Shown in pieces: positions 49,901-60,015 of a stretch of 64,000 bases of DNA. Both the position numbers and the translations under genes were made by a program. Under the pieces are notes generated by a model. That model made no database searches. It worked only from the letters and a program-made list of their open reading frames with translations, and was not told the DNA's origin. The first letter of the stretch is position 1. Each line of letters begins with the position of its first letter. This DNA is from Desulfatiglandales bacterium (GTDB lineage: Bacteria > Desulfobacterota > DSM-4660 > Desulfatiglandales > HGW-15), in contig CAXXJJ010000004.1 of the NCBI GenBank assembly GCA_963667015.2, positions 2,464,001 through 2,528,000 on the forward strand. The letters are read 5' to 3'.

Positions 49901-50332
49901 TCAGAACCGGATGATTTCACCCGTATCCTTGCGCTTAAAGTACCCTTTCTGCTGGAGCGGCCAGTTAAACTCTATGGCCCCCTTTTCCAGCCGGGGACAC
50001 TCGTTCACACAACAACCGCAATACCAGCATTCATCAGGGTGTAAAGTAATCGGGGGTTTGCCTTTTTTGGGATTTGGAACGTACACGTCCACCTGGCACA
50101 CTTCTACACAAGTGTTACAGCCATTGCAGATTTCAGGGTTTCTAATGACCGGTCTGTTGGGCGTAGATACATTGGGAAGAATATATATTTTTTCTTTTTG
50201 ATCCGATGTTTGACCGAGGACATCGTTGTATCCATCAAGACCGACTGTGGCAGCTGCAGCTCCAACCAGGGCGCTTGCTTTAAGAAACTCACGGCGTTTC
50301 ATCTTCAAACTCTCTTTCTTTTTCATAAGCAT
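49901..50332 (-). CDS. AprB-like 2x[4Fe-4S] ferredoxin with a twin-arginine-like signal
   Basis: KRREFLK plus hydrophobic stretch; CNGCNTCVEVC and ECWYCGCCVNECP. Confidence 0.8.
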   Translation of the reverse strand: MLMKKKESLKMKRREFLKASALVGAAAATVGLDGYNDVLGQTSDQKEKIYILPNVSTPNRPVIRNPEICNGCNTCVEVCQVDVYVPNPKKGKPPITLHPDECWYCGCCVNECPRLEKGAIEFNWPLQQKGYFKRKDTGEIIRF

Positions 50333-50407
50333 TCCTCCTGTTTTGATATATCATTGTTCATTAATGGATTAATGATTAATAGATTAGTTTGGTCTGACCC
50401 CATTTCG
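50332..50407. repeat. 76-bp direct repeat, copy 1 (copy 2 at 53576-53651)
   Basis: TTCCTCCTGTTTTGATATATC...GACCCCATTTCG, 4 mismatches between copies. Confidence 0.85.
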
Positions 50408-51712
50408 GGATCATCCGGTTAATGAGTACGCCTGAGAGTGTAAATGATACAATCTCAATTTAAAGTATACCATATCCCGAAAGCCATAGGCCTGTCTTTT
50501 AAGGGTTTTTATTTTATTATTAATACCTTCGACTTGAGCGGAAGTAATTCGATGGAAAAAGTAGTTCAATAAACCATGGCTATGCTGCATAAGGGTTTTG
50601 GATACTTTTACTAAAGGTTTTATGCCTGATTTTTCAGCATCAGTGCACCACGCATCCAAGAACAAAGCTGCGTCAATGTAAGTGTCTTTTTCCCAAAATT
50701 GTCTCAGTTGTTCTTTCATTGTATGGGCAGTGAAAAGAGGTTCGTTGACCCGGAGCAAGTTATTAAGGCGGTCTTGCTTTTCATCACAAAGTTTTTCGTA
50801 ATTTTTCAAAAGAAGGAAGCGGGAGCCTTTTATGAGATTTGCTCCTTCTTGATCGATTTTTGCCTGTTGCTCCCGCCTCACATCCTCAATGGCATTGTTC
50901 ATTAAAGCAGAGATGTGATAGTGATCGAAAACTATTGGTACAAGGGGCAAATGCTCCTGCACTGCAGCGATATAGCTTTTACTCATGTCCATGGCAATGG
51001 CTTTTAGCTTAGGGGATCTTTTTTTTATACGTTTTAGAAAGGGTTCTATATCTTCACCTGATCGGCCTTCAACGGCATGGAGTATACGTCCTGATTTAAG
51101 ATCAACAAAGATACTCATATAATTATGACCTTTTCTAATACTGAATTCATCAATGCCCAGGTATTCTAATTTTTCCAATGGTGGTGTTTTGTAACGGCGT
51201 TTTAAGTGTTCCTTATGGATATCTTTAATCAGATCCCAACCAACACTTAGAATGCTGGCTGTTCCGGAGATAGTCATCCAGTGTAGTAGATCAATAGCAA
51301 ATTTTGCGAAACGCCTTGTATATCGTTTTTTACCCTCGGAAAAAGGGAGTTTAGGCCATCTTAGAGAGTGACAGTCTTCACAATAAAGACGCCATATCTT
51401 TAACCTTAGAAAGGTTGGCCTCGAACCTATGGGGTTCATTTTAAAATCCCTGATTTTTACACCCTTTTGTCTGCTTGTTTTATGACTTTTACACTCAGGG
51501 CAATACTCAATGGAATTTGATACTTCTGAGTTAAATATAGTAACCCCATTTTTATATTTTGTAGAAATATACTTGACTCCTTTGATTCCAAAGGCATGAT
51601 AGAGTAATGAGGTGGACATGTGGTTGATACCTCCTTTTGGTGTGGTTACCATTGGATTATCAACCTATTCCACCTCTATTTCAACTTTATGTACTCATTA
51701 ACCGGATGAACC
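50408..51712 (-). mobile_element. ISL3-family insertion sequence
   Basis: 22-bp terminal IRs GG(A/T)TCATCCGGTTAATGAGTAC; 8-bp target duplication CCATTTCG at 50400-50407 and 51713-51720. Confidence 0.92.
50411..51619 (-). CDS. ISL3-family transposase
   Basis: CPEC/CEDC Zn finger, GIDE, AMDMS, FDHYH, EGINNKIK..KRQAYGFR. Confidence 0.93.
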   Translation of the reverse strand: MSTSLLYHAFGIKGVKYISTKYKNGVTIFNSEVSNSIEYCPECKSHKTSRQKGVKIRDFKMNPIGSRPTFLRLKIWRLYCEDCHSLRWPKLPFSEGKKRYTRRFAKFAIDLLHWMTISGTASILSVGWDLIKDIHKEHLKRRYKTPPLEKLEYLGIDEFSIRKGHNYMSIFVDLKSGRILHAVEGRSGEDIEPFLKRIKKRSPKLKAIAMDMSKSYIAAVQEHLPLVPIVFDHYHISALMNNAIEDVRREQQAKIDQEGANLIKGSRFLLLKNYEKLCDEKQDRLNNLLRVNEPLFTAHTMKEQLRQFWEKDTYIDAALFLDAWCTDAEKSGIKPLVKVSKTLMQHSHGLLNYFFHRITSAQVEGINNKIKTLKRQAYGFRDMVYFKLRLYHLHSQAYSLTG

Positions 51713-51964
51713 CCATTTCGCCATTTCGTTTCGAATGTTATTCAAAAAGATGAACCGGAATATTTTTATAATTCATTAACAGGATTTTTTAAGGCAGAAA
51801 CAGCAGCATATTAATCTTTTAAAACGATATAATCAATTATTAGGTTTAAACTGCCAACCTTATAACCGAACAGCGGTCTTCATAAAATAAAAGAGTATAT
51901 TGACTTTTGAAATATCAGTCAGTATATTGCTGTAATTCCGGTATATCAGCGATAGGGGTGTCAT

Positions 51965-53107
51965 ATGTCCATCAATCGTTTACTTGATCTTAATGATTTA
52001 TTAAAGAAGAAATCTTTTTTTCTGTTTGGACCGAGGTCTACAGGTAAATCAACACTTGTTAAAGAACAGTTGTTGAATTCAGCAGGCATTATTGATCTTT
52101 TGGATTCCCGGCTGTTTTTGCGGCTTTCAAGCGCCCCTCACGAGATTGAAGAGATTATAGATGCCCAGGAAGCAAACCTGGTTGTTGTTGATGAAATCCA
52201 GCGTATTCCTGAACTGCTGAATGAAGTCCATCGACTGATTGAAAACAGAAAGATACGTTTTCTATTGACTGGAAGCAGTGCCAGAAAACTCAAACGAGGC
52301 AATGCAAATCTCCTGGCAGGACGGGTATGGGAAGCAAGACTTTTCCCGTTAACATGGAAAGAGATACCTGAATTTAACCTTGAAAGATACCTTCTTTATG
52401 GAGGGTTGCCATCGGTTTACCTTGGAGAATACCCTGAAGAGGAACTTGATGCATATGTAAATACCTACCTGAAAGAAGAGATAATGGCCGAAGGTTTAAT
52501 CAGGAACCTTCCACCCTTTGCACGTTTTCTCAAAACAATATCACTGGCAAACGGAGAAATTGTAAATTTTACAAAACTTGGAAATGACTGTCAGGTAGCC
52601 GCTTCTACAGTAAGAGAATACATATCACTCCTTGAAGACACCCTGGTCGGCTTTTTACTTCCTGCATGGATAGAATCAAAGAAAAGAAAAGCTGTTAAAT
52701 CAGGAAAATTTTATTTTTTTGATCCTGGAGTTACACATGCTCTTTCAGGTACACAGACTCTTGACAGAAATTCGGACCTGTATGGTAAAAGCTTTGAACA
52801 GTTTATAGGTATGGAAATCAGGGCATACCTTGGTTACAAAAGATTAAAATCATCTCTATCATACTGGAGATCAACCCATGGTCACGAAGTTGATTTTTTG
52901 ATTGGGGAAAAAATTGCAGTTGAAGTTAAGTCAAGCCAGCGTGTAACCTCCGCAGACTTTAAAGGACTGAAGGTTCTTTCTGAAGAGGAGATATTTTCTG
53001 ACTATTATTTGGTAAGCCAGGATCCGGTAGAAACAAAAAAGAACGACATTTATACAATACATTGGAAAAACTTTCTGGAAAAACTGTGGCAGGGAAAAAT
53101 AATATAA
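51965..53107 (+). CDS. AAA_14 ATPase with a DUF4143-type C-terminus
   Basis: GPRSTGKST, DEIQ, LTGSS, KFYFFDPG, HEVDF...AVEVK. Confidence 0.88.
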   Translation: MSINRLLDLNDLLKKKSFFLFGPRSTGKSTLVKEQLLNSAGIIDLLDSRLFLRLSSAPHEIEEIIDAQEANLVVVDEIQRIPELLNEVHRLIENRKIRFLLTGSSARKLKRGNANLLAGRVWEARLFPLTWKEIPEFNLERYLLYGGLPSVYLGEYPEEELDAYVNTYLKEEIMAEGLIRNLPPFARFLKTISLANGEIVNFTKLGNDCQVAASTVREYISLLEDTLVGFLLPAWIESKKRKAVKSGKFYFFDPGVTHALSGTQTLDRNSDLYGKSFEQFIGMEIRAYLGYKRLKSSLSYWRSTHGHEVDFLIGEKIAVEVKSSQRVTSADFKGLKVLSEEEIFSDYYLVSQDPVETKKNDIYTIHWKNFLEKLWQGKII

Positions 53108-54090
53108 AGAAAAACCCTGCAACTTTTCCTGAGGCACTCGTATGAAACTTCATTAAATATTACAGGACACGGATTTACACAGATGTACACGGATCTTTTA
53201 TTTTTTTATTTTTAAATCCCAAAAATCCGTGTTGATCAGTGTTCAATTCATTGCTTTTCTCAGTTTCCTTCTTGATCAATCTTGCCGTCTTTCTGGCAAG
53301 CGGCCCGGCTGACCTCTGAATTCTGACTTTTGTCTTTTTGTTTTCCCTAAAAGCATTCAGTCTTTACCCTATTAAATCCGCAAAGCGGGTTGCGAAGCAA
53401 CATTTACAGGGTGAAGTCTTTTGTTTTCCACTTATCGAAGATCCCGAGAAGTATTCGGAGAACCCTCGACCCCTCTTGTCCCGCCATAGCTTTAGCGACG
53501 GCGGATGAACCCTATCTTTTATATCTTGAACCTTGAATCTTGAATCCTTCAATTAACATTTTCAGTTAATTGAAGTTCCTCCTGTTTTGATATATCTTTG
53601 TTCATTAATGGATTAATGATTAATAGGTTAGCTTGGTCCGACCCCATTTCGATAAGACGACCTTTAATAATGCAACTGTAAAAGTTATTGAATTTTGAGA
53701 GAACATCTCCTCATACACTGATCATCGCTCAACTAAGTTGGAGATGATCCTTATAAAAGAATACTACTGTGATTATTTGGCTTCTGACTTTCTACTCAAT
53801 ATCACCGAAACGGCGTCAGGTCACGACATTGGACATAATCGATAGTAGCTGTCCCATGTCGAGGTTTGCCCCCAATGGCTCACCGGGGTTATAAATCCAG
53901 TTTATATCCCCGCAAATCGGTAGAATCTATTGACATGTTAATAAGTTAAGGGCGTCCCACTTCACCCTTCATGGTCGGGTAGAGCATTTTGTTGAACGAA
54001 GCCGCTTGCGCGGCAGAAAAATAATAAATAGTGTATGCTCCTGATGTATGCTCAATTCAGGGCACAAAAAATAATAAAAGGAGATACACT

Positions 54091-54995
54091 ATGAACAAAA
54101 AAGAAACAGAAAGATTTAATGACCTTTATGAAAGACACCTAAGAATACTCAAACTTCAGGGTAAAAGTCAAAGCACTATTGATGCCTATTCAAGGGCGGT
54201 GCGCCGGATAAAAGAGCATTTTGACTGCTGTCCTGATCAGCTTACCCCGGACCAACTTGAACAGTATTTTTCTGACCTGGTTGATTCTCATTCCTGGAGC
54301 ACTGTCAAATTGGACCGTCTTGGACTTCAGTTCTTCTGGAAACACGTTGTCCAGAAAAAATGGGAGTGGATAGATATTATTAAGCCTCCCAAAGTATATA
54401 CCCTGCCTGATATTCTTACACCCGGTGAAATAGAGCGCATAATAGGTGCAACAAGAAAACTCCGATACAGGGTTTTTCTACTGACTACATATTCCATGGG
54501 ACTTCGTTTGCAGGAAGCATTACATCTTCAAACCAGCGATATCGATGCTGAAAGAAAGAAGGTCCATATCCGGCGTGGTAAAGGTCATAAAGACCGTTTA
54601 GTTCCATTGCCGGATCTTACCTTAGAAGCTCTGCGTGAGTTATGGTCAAAACACAAAAACCCTGTATGGCTTTTCCCTAATGCCACGGGCTCTCCTGATA
54701 AAATCCAACAGGCAACTAATCACATGGACACAGGCGGAACTCAGAAGGCTATGCAGGTAGTTGTTAAGGAATGCGGCATTAAAAAAAAGTCCATATCCAT
54801 TCCCTTCGTCACAGCTTCGCAACACACCTGCTTGAGCGCGGCCTGAGTCTCAGACATATCCAGGCTATACTCGGGCATGCCACCCCTGAAACTACCGCTC
54901 GCTATGCTCACCTGACAGATATTACCGAGAATGACAGTCTTGTTAAAATCAATGAGCTGATCAACTCCATTCATGTTGATTTGAAGAAGGTGTAA
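54091..54995 (+). CDS. Tyrosine recombinase, split by a -1 frameshift at A8 (54781-54788)
   Basis: Frame 0 has GLRLQE and GKGHKDR; the -1 frame continues [16 protein letters not shown]...LGH...TARY...KV*. Confidence 0.85.
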
Positions 54996-54997
54996 TC

Positions 54998-56044
54998 ATG
55001 GAACTGGCATCTATCATCAACCAATATTACGACTCATTTATGGCTAAACATTCCAGTACCCTACTACCAGGACATTTAAGCGCACTTAATGCCATTCGTA
55101 GATGCAGAACTCCTGATTCCGGAGAAGTATATACAATCTGCAACCAGTGCGGACATTCCCAATGGAACCCCATGTCCTGTGGTCACCGAAGTTGTCCTAA
55201 ATGCCAGAACCATGAAACCAGCAGGTGGCTTGACCGACAACAGCAAAAGCTGCTGCCTGCACCTTATTTTATGGTTACCTTCACACTGCCATATTCTTTC
55301 AGGCCTTTAGCCATGCACCATCAAAAAGAGATATACCCCTTTTTATTCTCCTGTGCAGCATCCACTCTAAAGGATTTTGCTGCTAACCCAAAAAAACTGG
55401 GGGCTAAAGTCGGTATGACCATTGTTCTGCATACTAATAACAGAAATCTGGATTATCATCCACATGTTCATGTCATCATTCCGGCAGGTGGAGTGGATAA
55501 AAAATCCAAACAATGGAAAAAGAAAAAAGGCAAATACCTCTTTAATGAAAAAGCCATGGCTAAAGTTTTCCGCGCCCGCTTTTTACATGAGCTAAATAAT
55601 GCCGGCTTTTCCATCCCTAAAAATGCACCCAAAAAATGGGTGGCTGACTGCGAACATGTTGGAGCAGGCATTACTGCCCTCAAGTATCTTGCCCGGTATT
55701 TATACCGTGGCGTTATCAGCGAAAAAAATATCATTGCAAACCGGGATGGAAAGATAACCTTTAAGTATATTGATAACAATAAGATTGTAAAATACCGCAC
55801 AATGGATGGGGAAGATTTTATTAAACTTCTACTGCAACATGTACTTCCCAAAGGCTTCAGGAGAGTCAGGGATTATGGCTTCCTTCACAGTAATGCTAAG
55901 AAAATACGTTCTCTGATTCAGGTAATATTGAGAGTCGTTATTGATAAAATCCCGATACGTCCAAGGCCTGCTTTTAAATGCAGCCATTGTAAGTCGCTGA
56001 TGACTATTGTTAAGTTTAGAAAGCCTGTTTGCAACTCGGAATAG
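54998..56044 (+). CDS. IS91-family (Y2, HUH) transposase with a Zn-binding N-terminus
   Basis: SCGHRSCPKC, HPHVH, YLARY, RVRDYG. Confidence 0.92.
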   Translation: MELASIINQYYDSFMAKHSSTLLPGHLSALNAIRRCRTPDSGEVYTICNQCGHSQWNPMSCGHRSCPKCQNHETSRWLDRQQQKLLPAPYFMVTFTLPYSFRPLAMHHQKEIYPFLFSCAASTLKDFAANPKKLGAKVGMTIVLHTNNRNLDYHPHVHVIIPAGGVDKKSKQWKKKKGKYLFNEKAMAKVFRARFLHELNNAGFSIPKNAPKKWVADCEHVGAGITALKYLARYLYRGVISEKNIIANRDGKITFKYIDNNKIVKYRTMDGEDFIKLLLQHVLPKGFRRVRDYGFLHSNAKKIRSLIQVILRVVIDKIPIRPRPAFKCSHCKSLMTIVKFRKPVCNSE

Positions 56045-56235
56045 ACCTTAATCTGGAAATTGCCCCTCTTGCTTTTATAACACGGAGGTAGCTTTGTTTA
56101 TGAAGATTACAATCACTTTAAAGGCCTTTTTTAAGGTCAGCGTACCGGTCTGCCTTTTGCTTTCCGCTATACTTTAAGTTCCATTACCTGTCAGCTTCTC
56201 GGATATATATATTTTCTTTATATAGACACGGGCTT

Positions 56236-56290
56236 GTTCAACCATTGGATAAGATTGTGGCTCCGCACAATCTATCCTTATTCGTTATGC
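56236..56290 (-). other. Integron attC site
   Basis: Minus strand: R'' GCATAAC overlapping the stop, GGATAGATTGTG/CACAATCTTATCC stem with an extrahelical base, R' GTTGAAC. Confidence 0.7.
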
Positions 56291-57478
56291 CTTCTTATTA
56301 GATTCTATTCCTGTCAATATGTTTAACATAGTTTCTGCTTTTTTCATTAAATCATCATATGTTAGAATTTCAATATTGCTCCGAAAAAGTATATTTCTAT
56401 GTAGAAGCTTTTGTTTGTTTTTCAAATCAAGTGTCTCTGACCTACCTATAACCACAAAGCCTATTGGCCTAGTAATACCAGGAAGTGATTCTCTTGCATA
56501 CGGATGGTTGCGTTCTATCCAATGCAACCAGTCCATAACTTGTTGCTCCGCATGTATTAAATACTGGGAGGGGTCACCTTTTTTATTAAATAGCTGTAAA
56601 TTACTTGATTCTATCTCAAGTACATCAATCAGTCCTGAATAACGTTCAAGAGCGTAATCCATTTCATATTCTTTACCTAACTTATATTTTGGTATACTTT
56701 TTTGATACTCTAGGCCAAATAGGATTGGATTGTTCGTTAGGCAAGATTGTAGCTTACTTTCATTTCTATTTTTTCCTTTTAGCAAATTTTTTAGCTCGTT
56801 GATCGCCAGTTCAAGGGAACTTATTAATTGGTTGGCTTTATTTAGCTTTCCTAACTCTTTCTGAACTGCTTTACGGATTAAAGCTATATCTGAAGGATGG
56901 AGTGGTTCATTTAATGCAATATCATTTAAATAATGAATTGAGTCAATTTTTGAACCAGGAGATTTTTTTAACTTAAAACTAAGCTTTCCTCCTTTTCCAT
57001 CAGGAGCTTCAAAGCCATTTACCATCATAGAATGGTAGTATCTTGATAACTCTTCAGATAATTCTTCAGTATTTGGATAAACAGGAATTTCATAAATGGA
57101 AGCAATAGCCAAGGTGTATTTTATATCTTCATTCATTTCCTTTTCTGTTTTTCCATCAGCAAGAATATCTACTATGTGACTTAATTCTAATAGTGCCATA
57201 CTAACATTATATGAATATCCTATGACATGAAATAACGGCTTTCCTTTTTCTACATTGTAAATTAGTTCTTTACTGGATTCTATCATTCCATATTGGGAGA
57301 ACCATGTTTTGACTTCTTTTTTTGAATTCTTATTTTTGCTTCGATTTTGTACTCTTGTAAGATATTTGATAACCTTATTGTCTTCTTGGGAGAAATCATC
57401 ACTTACTGTTGTGAAAGGAATATCAATATTGGTTTTTTCCTGCCATTTTTCAATACGTGTTTTTTTATTTTTTTTCAT
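56285..57478 (-). CDS. Shedu-like (DUF4263/SduA C-terminal) nuclease, gene cassette
   Basis: E..LQ..L..NP.LFG, MDY...VLEIE, AEQQVMDW, VVIGR, IEILTYDDL. Confidence 0.8.
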   Translation of the reverse strand: MKKNKKTRIEKWQEKTNIDIPFTTVSDDFSQEDNKVIKYLTRVQNRSKNKNSKKEVKTWFSQYGMIESSKELIYNVEKGKPLFHVIGYSYNVSMALLELSHIVDILADGKTEKEMNEDIKYTLAIASIYEIPVYPNTEELSEELSRYYHSMMVNGFEAPDGKGGKLSFKLKKSPGSKIDSIHYLNDIALNEPLHPSDIALIRKAVQKELGKLNKANQLISSLELAINELKNLLKGKNRNESKLQSCLTNNPILFGLEYQKSIPKYKLGKEYEMDYALERYSGLIDVLEIESSNLQLFNKKGDPSQYLIHAEQQVMDWLHWIERNHPYARESLPGITRPIGFVVIGRSETLDLKNKQKLLHRNILFRSNIEILTYDDLMKKAETMLNILTGIESNKKA

Positions 57479-57505
57479 TTTATTATCAGCTCTTAATGAT
57501 TAGAG

Positions 57506-57567
57506 GCATAACCTGCTTTTCAGCGAACGCGTGCTTTTTGCACTTCGCTGAAAAAGCATTGTTATGT
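57506..57567 (-). other. Integron attC site
   Basis: R'' ACATAAC at the stop, TGCTTTTTCAGCGAA/TTCGCTGAAAAGCA stem, R' GTTATGC complementary to the downstream cassette's GCATAAC. Confidence 0.8.
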
Positions 57568-58437
57568 TTCACTTCTAATTAAATCTTTGAGTTGCTCTAC
57601 TGTTGACCAAGGACGCTTACGGTGAAGCATTCGATGACAGTTTGCACAAACAAGAGAGAAATCTTCTACTCTCGTATCTAGAAGTTCACCATTGTTCAAG
57701 TCGCTTAGCGGGCGGTCGTGGTGTGCCTCAATGTATGATGTCCCGAGCTCTCCATAATGTACCGCAAAATCGAATTCACATACCTCGCATGGAAGCGCTC
57801 CATTGTTTCGTTGGGCATGTTGATCTTTTGCTTGACGGACAACTCTTGAATCTCTTTCTCTGGATTTGTGGAGCCTCTCAATTCTTCTCCCTTCAGGAAA
57901 TGATGCACGGACTGGTTCGCTTGCAAAATCCCTCAATAAGTCCGCAGCTAAACGATAAGACGCAAGCGAAAAAACATCTTCCAAGAAATCATCGAGTGAA
58001 ACTATCGAACCAGGCAGTGAAACAACATAATCCTGGTGTCCGGCTGCGCGAATGAAAGCCTCTTTTCTTTCTTCATTACGCCCATCTCTTTTCCTTGGGC
58101 TGTAACTCCAGACTAAATCTAATGAATCCCTACTTGCTCGCTGATCATGCAACTCAGCTACTGGCGGTAGATTGTTCTTTTCCTGATAAATAACAAGGTA
58201 GTAGTTCCCATCGGTATGCCAATCAATAACTAACAACCATAACTTTTTTTCAGAAGATTTGCCGACCTTAAAAGCCCCAATACAGGGTTTATCGTTAGCA
58301 AATGAATGAAACCCTCTCAATGGAAAGGATTGGATATTTTCAACCAAATAGAACTCAGAGCTGTCGCTTATATCATTTGACAGGGCATTTACCAAATGGT
58401 CTGCATTTCTTTTTTTCATTCCATCAACTCCATACAA
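57562..58437 (-). CDS. HNH endonuclease (McrA-like C-terminus), gene cassette
   Basis: EGRR...ERD, CEVC, IEAHH, LVCANCHRMLH. Confidence 0.85.
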   Translation of the reverse strand: MYGVDGMKKRNADHLVNALSNDISDSSEFYLVENIQSFPLRGFHSFANDKPCIGAFKVGKSSEKKLWLLVIDWHTDGNYYLVIYQEKNNLPPVAELHDQRASRDSLDLVWSYSPRKRDGRNEERKEAFIRAAGHQDYVVSLPGSIVSLDDFLEDVFSLASYRLAADLLRDFASEPVRASFPEGRRIERLHKSRERDSRVVRQAKDQHAQRNNGALPCEVCEFDFAVHYGELGTSYIEAHHDRPLSDLNNGELLDTRVEDFSLVCANCHRMLHRKRPWSTVEQLKDLIRSET

Positions 58438-58440
58438 AAA

Positions 58441-58506
58441 ACATAATGCATTAGTATCCAGACTGGCGAGTTTTTTGCTAGGTCCGCGTTTATTACATTA
58501 TTAAAC
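58441..58506 (-). other. Degenerate attC-like site
   Basis: GTTTAAT at the stop ... ATTATGT (one mismatch from the expected GTTATGT); weak internal symmetry. Confidence 0.4.
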
Positions 58507-59061
58507 GATCTCCAATTCTCCTCTCCCAATTTCCCTCCAGAGGTATATGTCTAAGTCAACGCGATTACATCCTACCCTTTTCGCTACCTTATTAGCTACT
58601 TGCTGATATTGATTGCTTGTTTCATGTTCGAGGCCAGTAATAGTCTTCCATCTTGGAAGATTTTTACCTAAAGAAGTTGCTCGCAGACCATTTGCAACGT
58701 GGCTATCTAAGGGCACTTCGAGCCATGGGTGAATTTGTAAAATTCCATAATGATAGCAAAGAAATTGATTGTAAAGGCAGTCTCTTAGAAAAATGTTGAC
58801 AGCCTTTCTTGCTGTGCCCCAGTTTTGCGCACCATTTGGTAATGCTTGGACTAAGTTAATCGTGGACTGTTTAAGTTCTTTATTAAAATCATCTTGAAAT
58901 TTAACTGAGAAAGAATTTAAATTCAGTTTGGCAAGGAAGTCTCGTGCAGCCTTAGCAACACCAGGCGCCCCCTGATTGCGGAGGGTGGAATTGCCGATAG
59001 CTAACTCTGCTGTTCGGCGTCGTAAATATTCAATAGTTTTTTTATTCATTTTCCTTTCCAA
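58501..59061 (-). CDS. Hypothetical protein, probable gene cassette
   Basis: WGTARKAVNIFLRD, LEVPLDSHV, DIYLW; co-oriented with the other cassettes. Confidence 0.7.
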   Translation of the reverse strand: MERKMNKKTIEYLRRRTAELAIGNSTLRNQGAPGVAKAARDFLAKLNLNSFSVKFQDDFNKELKQSTINLVQALPNGAQNWGTARKAVNIFLRDCLYNQFLCYHYGILQIHPWLEVPLDSHVANGLRATSLGKNLPRWKTITGLEHETSNQYQQVANKVAKRVGCNRVDLDIYLWREIGRGELEIV

Positions 59062-59451
59062 AACATGGGCAGACCTTCATTCCTGACAGATTCGATAATA
59101 AAAAATCAAAAACAACTGGATTCCCCGGTACTCAAAAACAGCATCGCCCTGTTAAATGATGCTCCGCATCCCGCTTTGCGGATTTAACTGGGTAAAAATG
59201 ACGACAAAAAGACTATTGTAATATTTTATATTATGATGCGCCTTGGCGCTTTAATCCGCCAGAGGCGGACAAGGACAGTAATTCTTTATACCCGGAAAGA
59301 TATAATAGGTTAGGTTTAAGACTTTTTTATAATAAATGCAAGAAAAGAAAAGCAAGAGGTCGGATATCAGAGGTCTGAGGTCAGGGGGAAATAAGGCTGA
59401 AGCATTTTAGTCTATAGGCTGTTAGGGTGTAAGCATGGAGATTTGTTTTTG

Positions 59452-60015
59452 TCATTGTCTCCTTGTCTTTGTGGTATATTTACTTCCACCTTCCCTGATT
59501 TCAAAACCTATTTGCCTTTTAGGTTTATCCGGTGATTTCATGAGCTGTTGGATTGCCTCGAATATTGCCATAATCTGCTCATCATGTTCTTTAATATAGG
59601 ATTCAAGTTCATCAAGTTTGGCAGCCAGTTCTTTATGGGAAGATACAAATTCTCTGATCCTTACAAAGACTCGCATAATAGCTATATTGACCTGGATTGC
59701 TCTCTCACTGTGCAGAACACTGGAAAGCATTGCAACTCCCTGTTCTGTAAAGACATAGGGGTGATATCTTCGCCCACCCTTTCCTTTTGAGATCACAATT
59801 TGTGATCTCAGAGCATTAAACTCCTCTTTATTTAACTGAAACATGAAATCCGGCGGAAATCTCTGTATATTTCTTTTGACCGCCTGGACAAGGATTCTGG
59901 TCTCAACACCATACAGGGCTGCGAGATCCGAGTCTATTAAAACCTTATGCCCACGAACAAGAAATATCGCAGTTTCAATTCTACTTTCAGTAATGATCAA
60001 CTCAGGGATATCCAT
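59452..60015 (-). CDS. ORF6N-domain DNA-binding protein
   Basis: [44 protein letters not shown]. Confidence 0.9.
   Translation of the reverse strand: MDIPELIITESRIETAIFLVRGHKVLIDSDLAALYGVETRILVQAVKRNIQRFPPDFMFQLNKEEFNALRSQIVISKGKGGRRYHPYVFTEQGVAMLSSVLHSERAIQVNIAIMRVFVRIREFVSSHKELAAKLDELESYIKEHDEQIMAIFEAIQQLMKSPDKPKRQIGFEIREGGSKYTTKTRRQ

Larger units (their letters stand above)
53991..56242 (+). mobile_element. Tyrosine recombinase + IS91-type transposase element
   Basis: Ends GTTGAACGAAGCC and GGCTTGTTCAAC are near-inverted and enclose the recombinase and Y2 transposase genes. Confidence 0.75.

Noticed and set aside
53840..53910. c-di-GMP-I riboswitch (GGGCAAACC on the minus strand)
   Set aside because: The GAAA tetraloop and GACGCAAAGC elements are not present; an Rfam scan would settle it.
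54091..54995. Integron integrase IntI for the adjacent cassettes
   Set aside because: It lacks the IntI-specific insertion between KDR and WLFP and is coupled to an IS91-type transposase.
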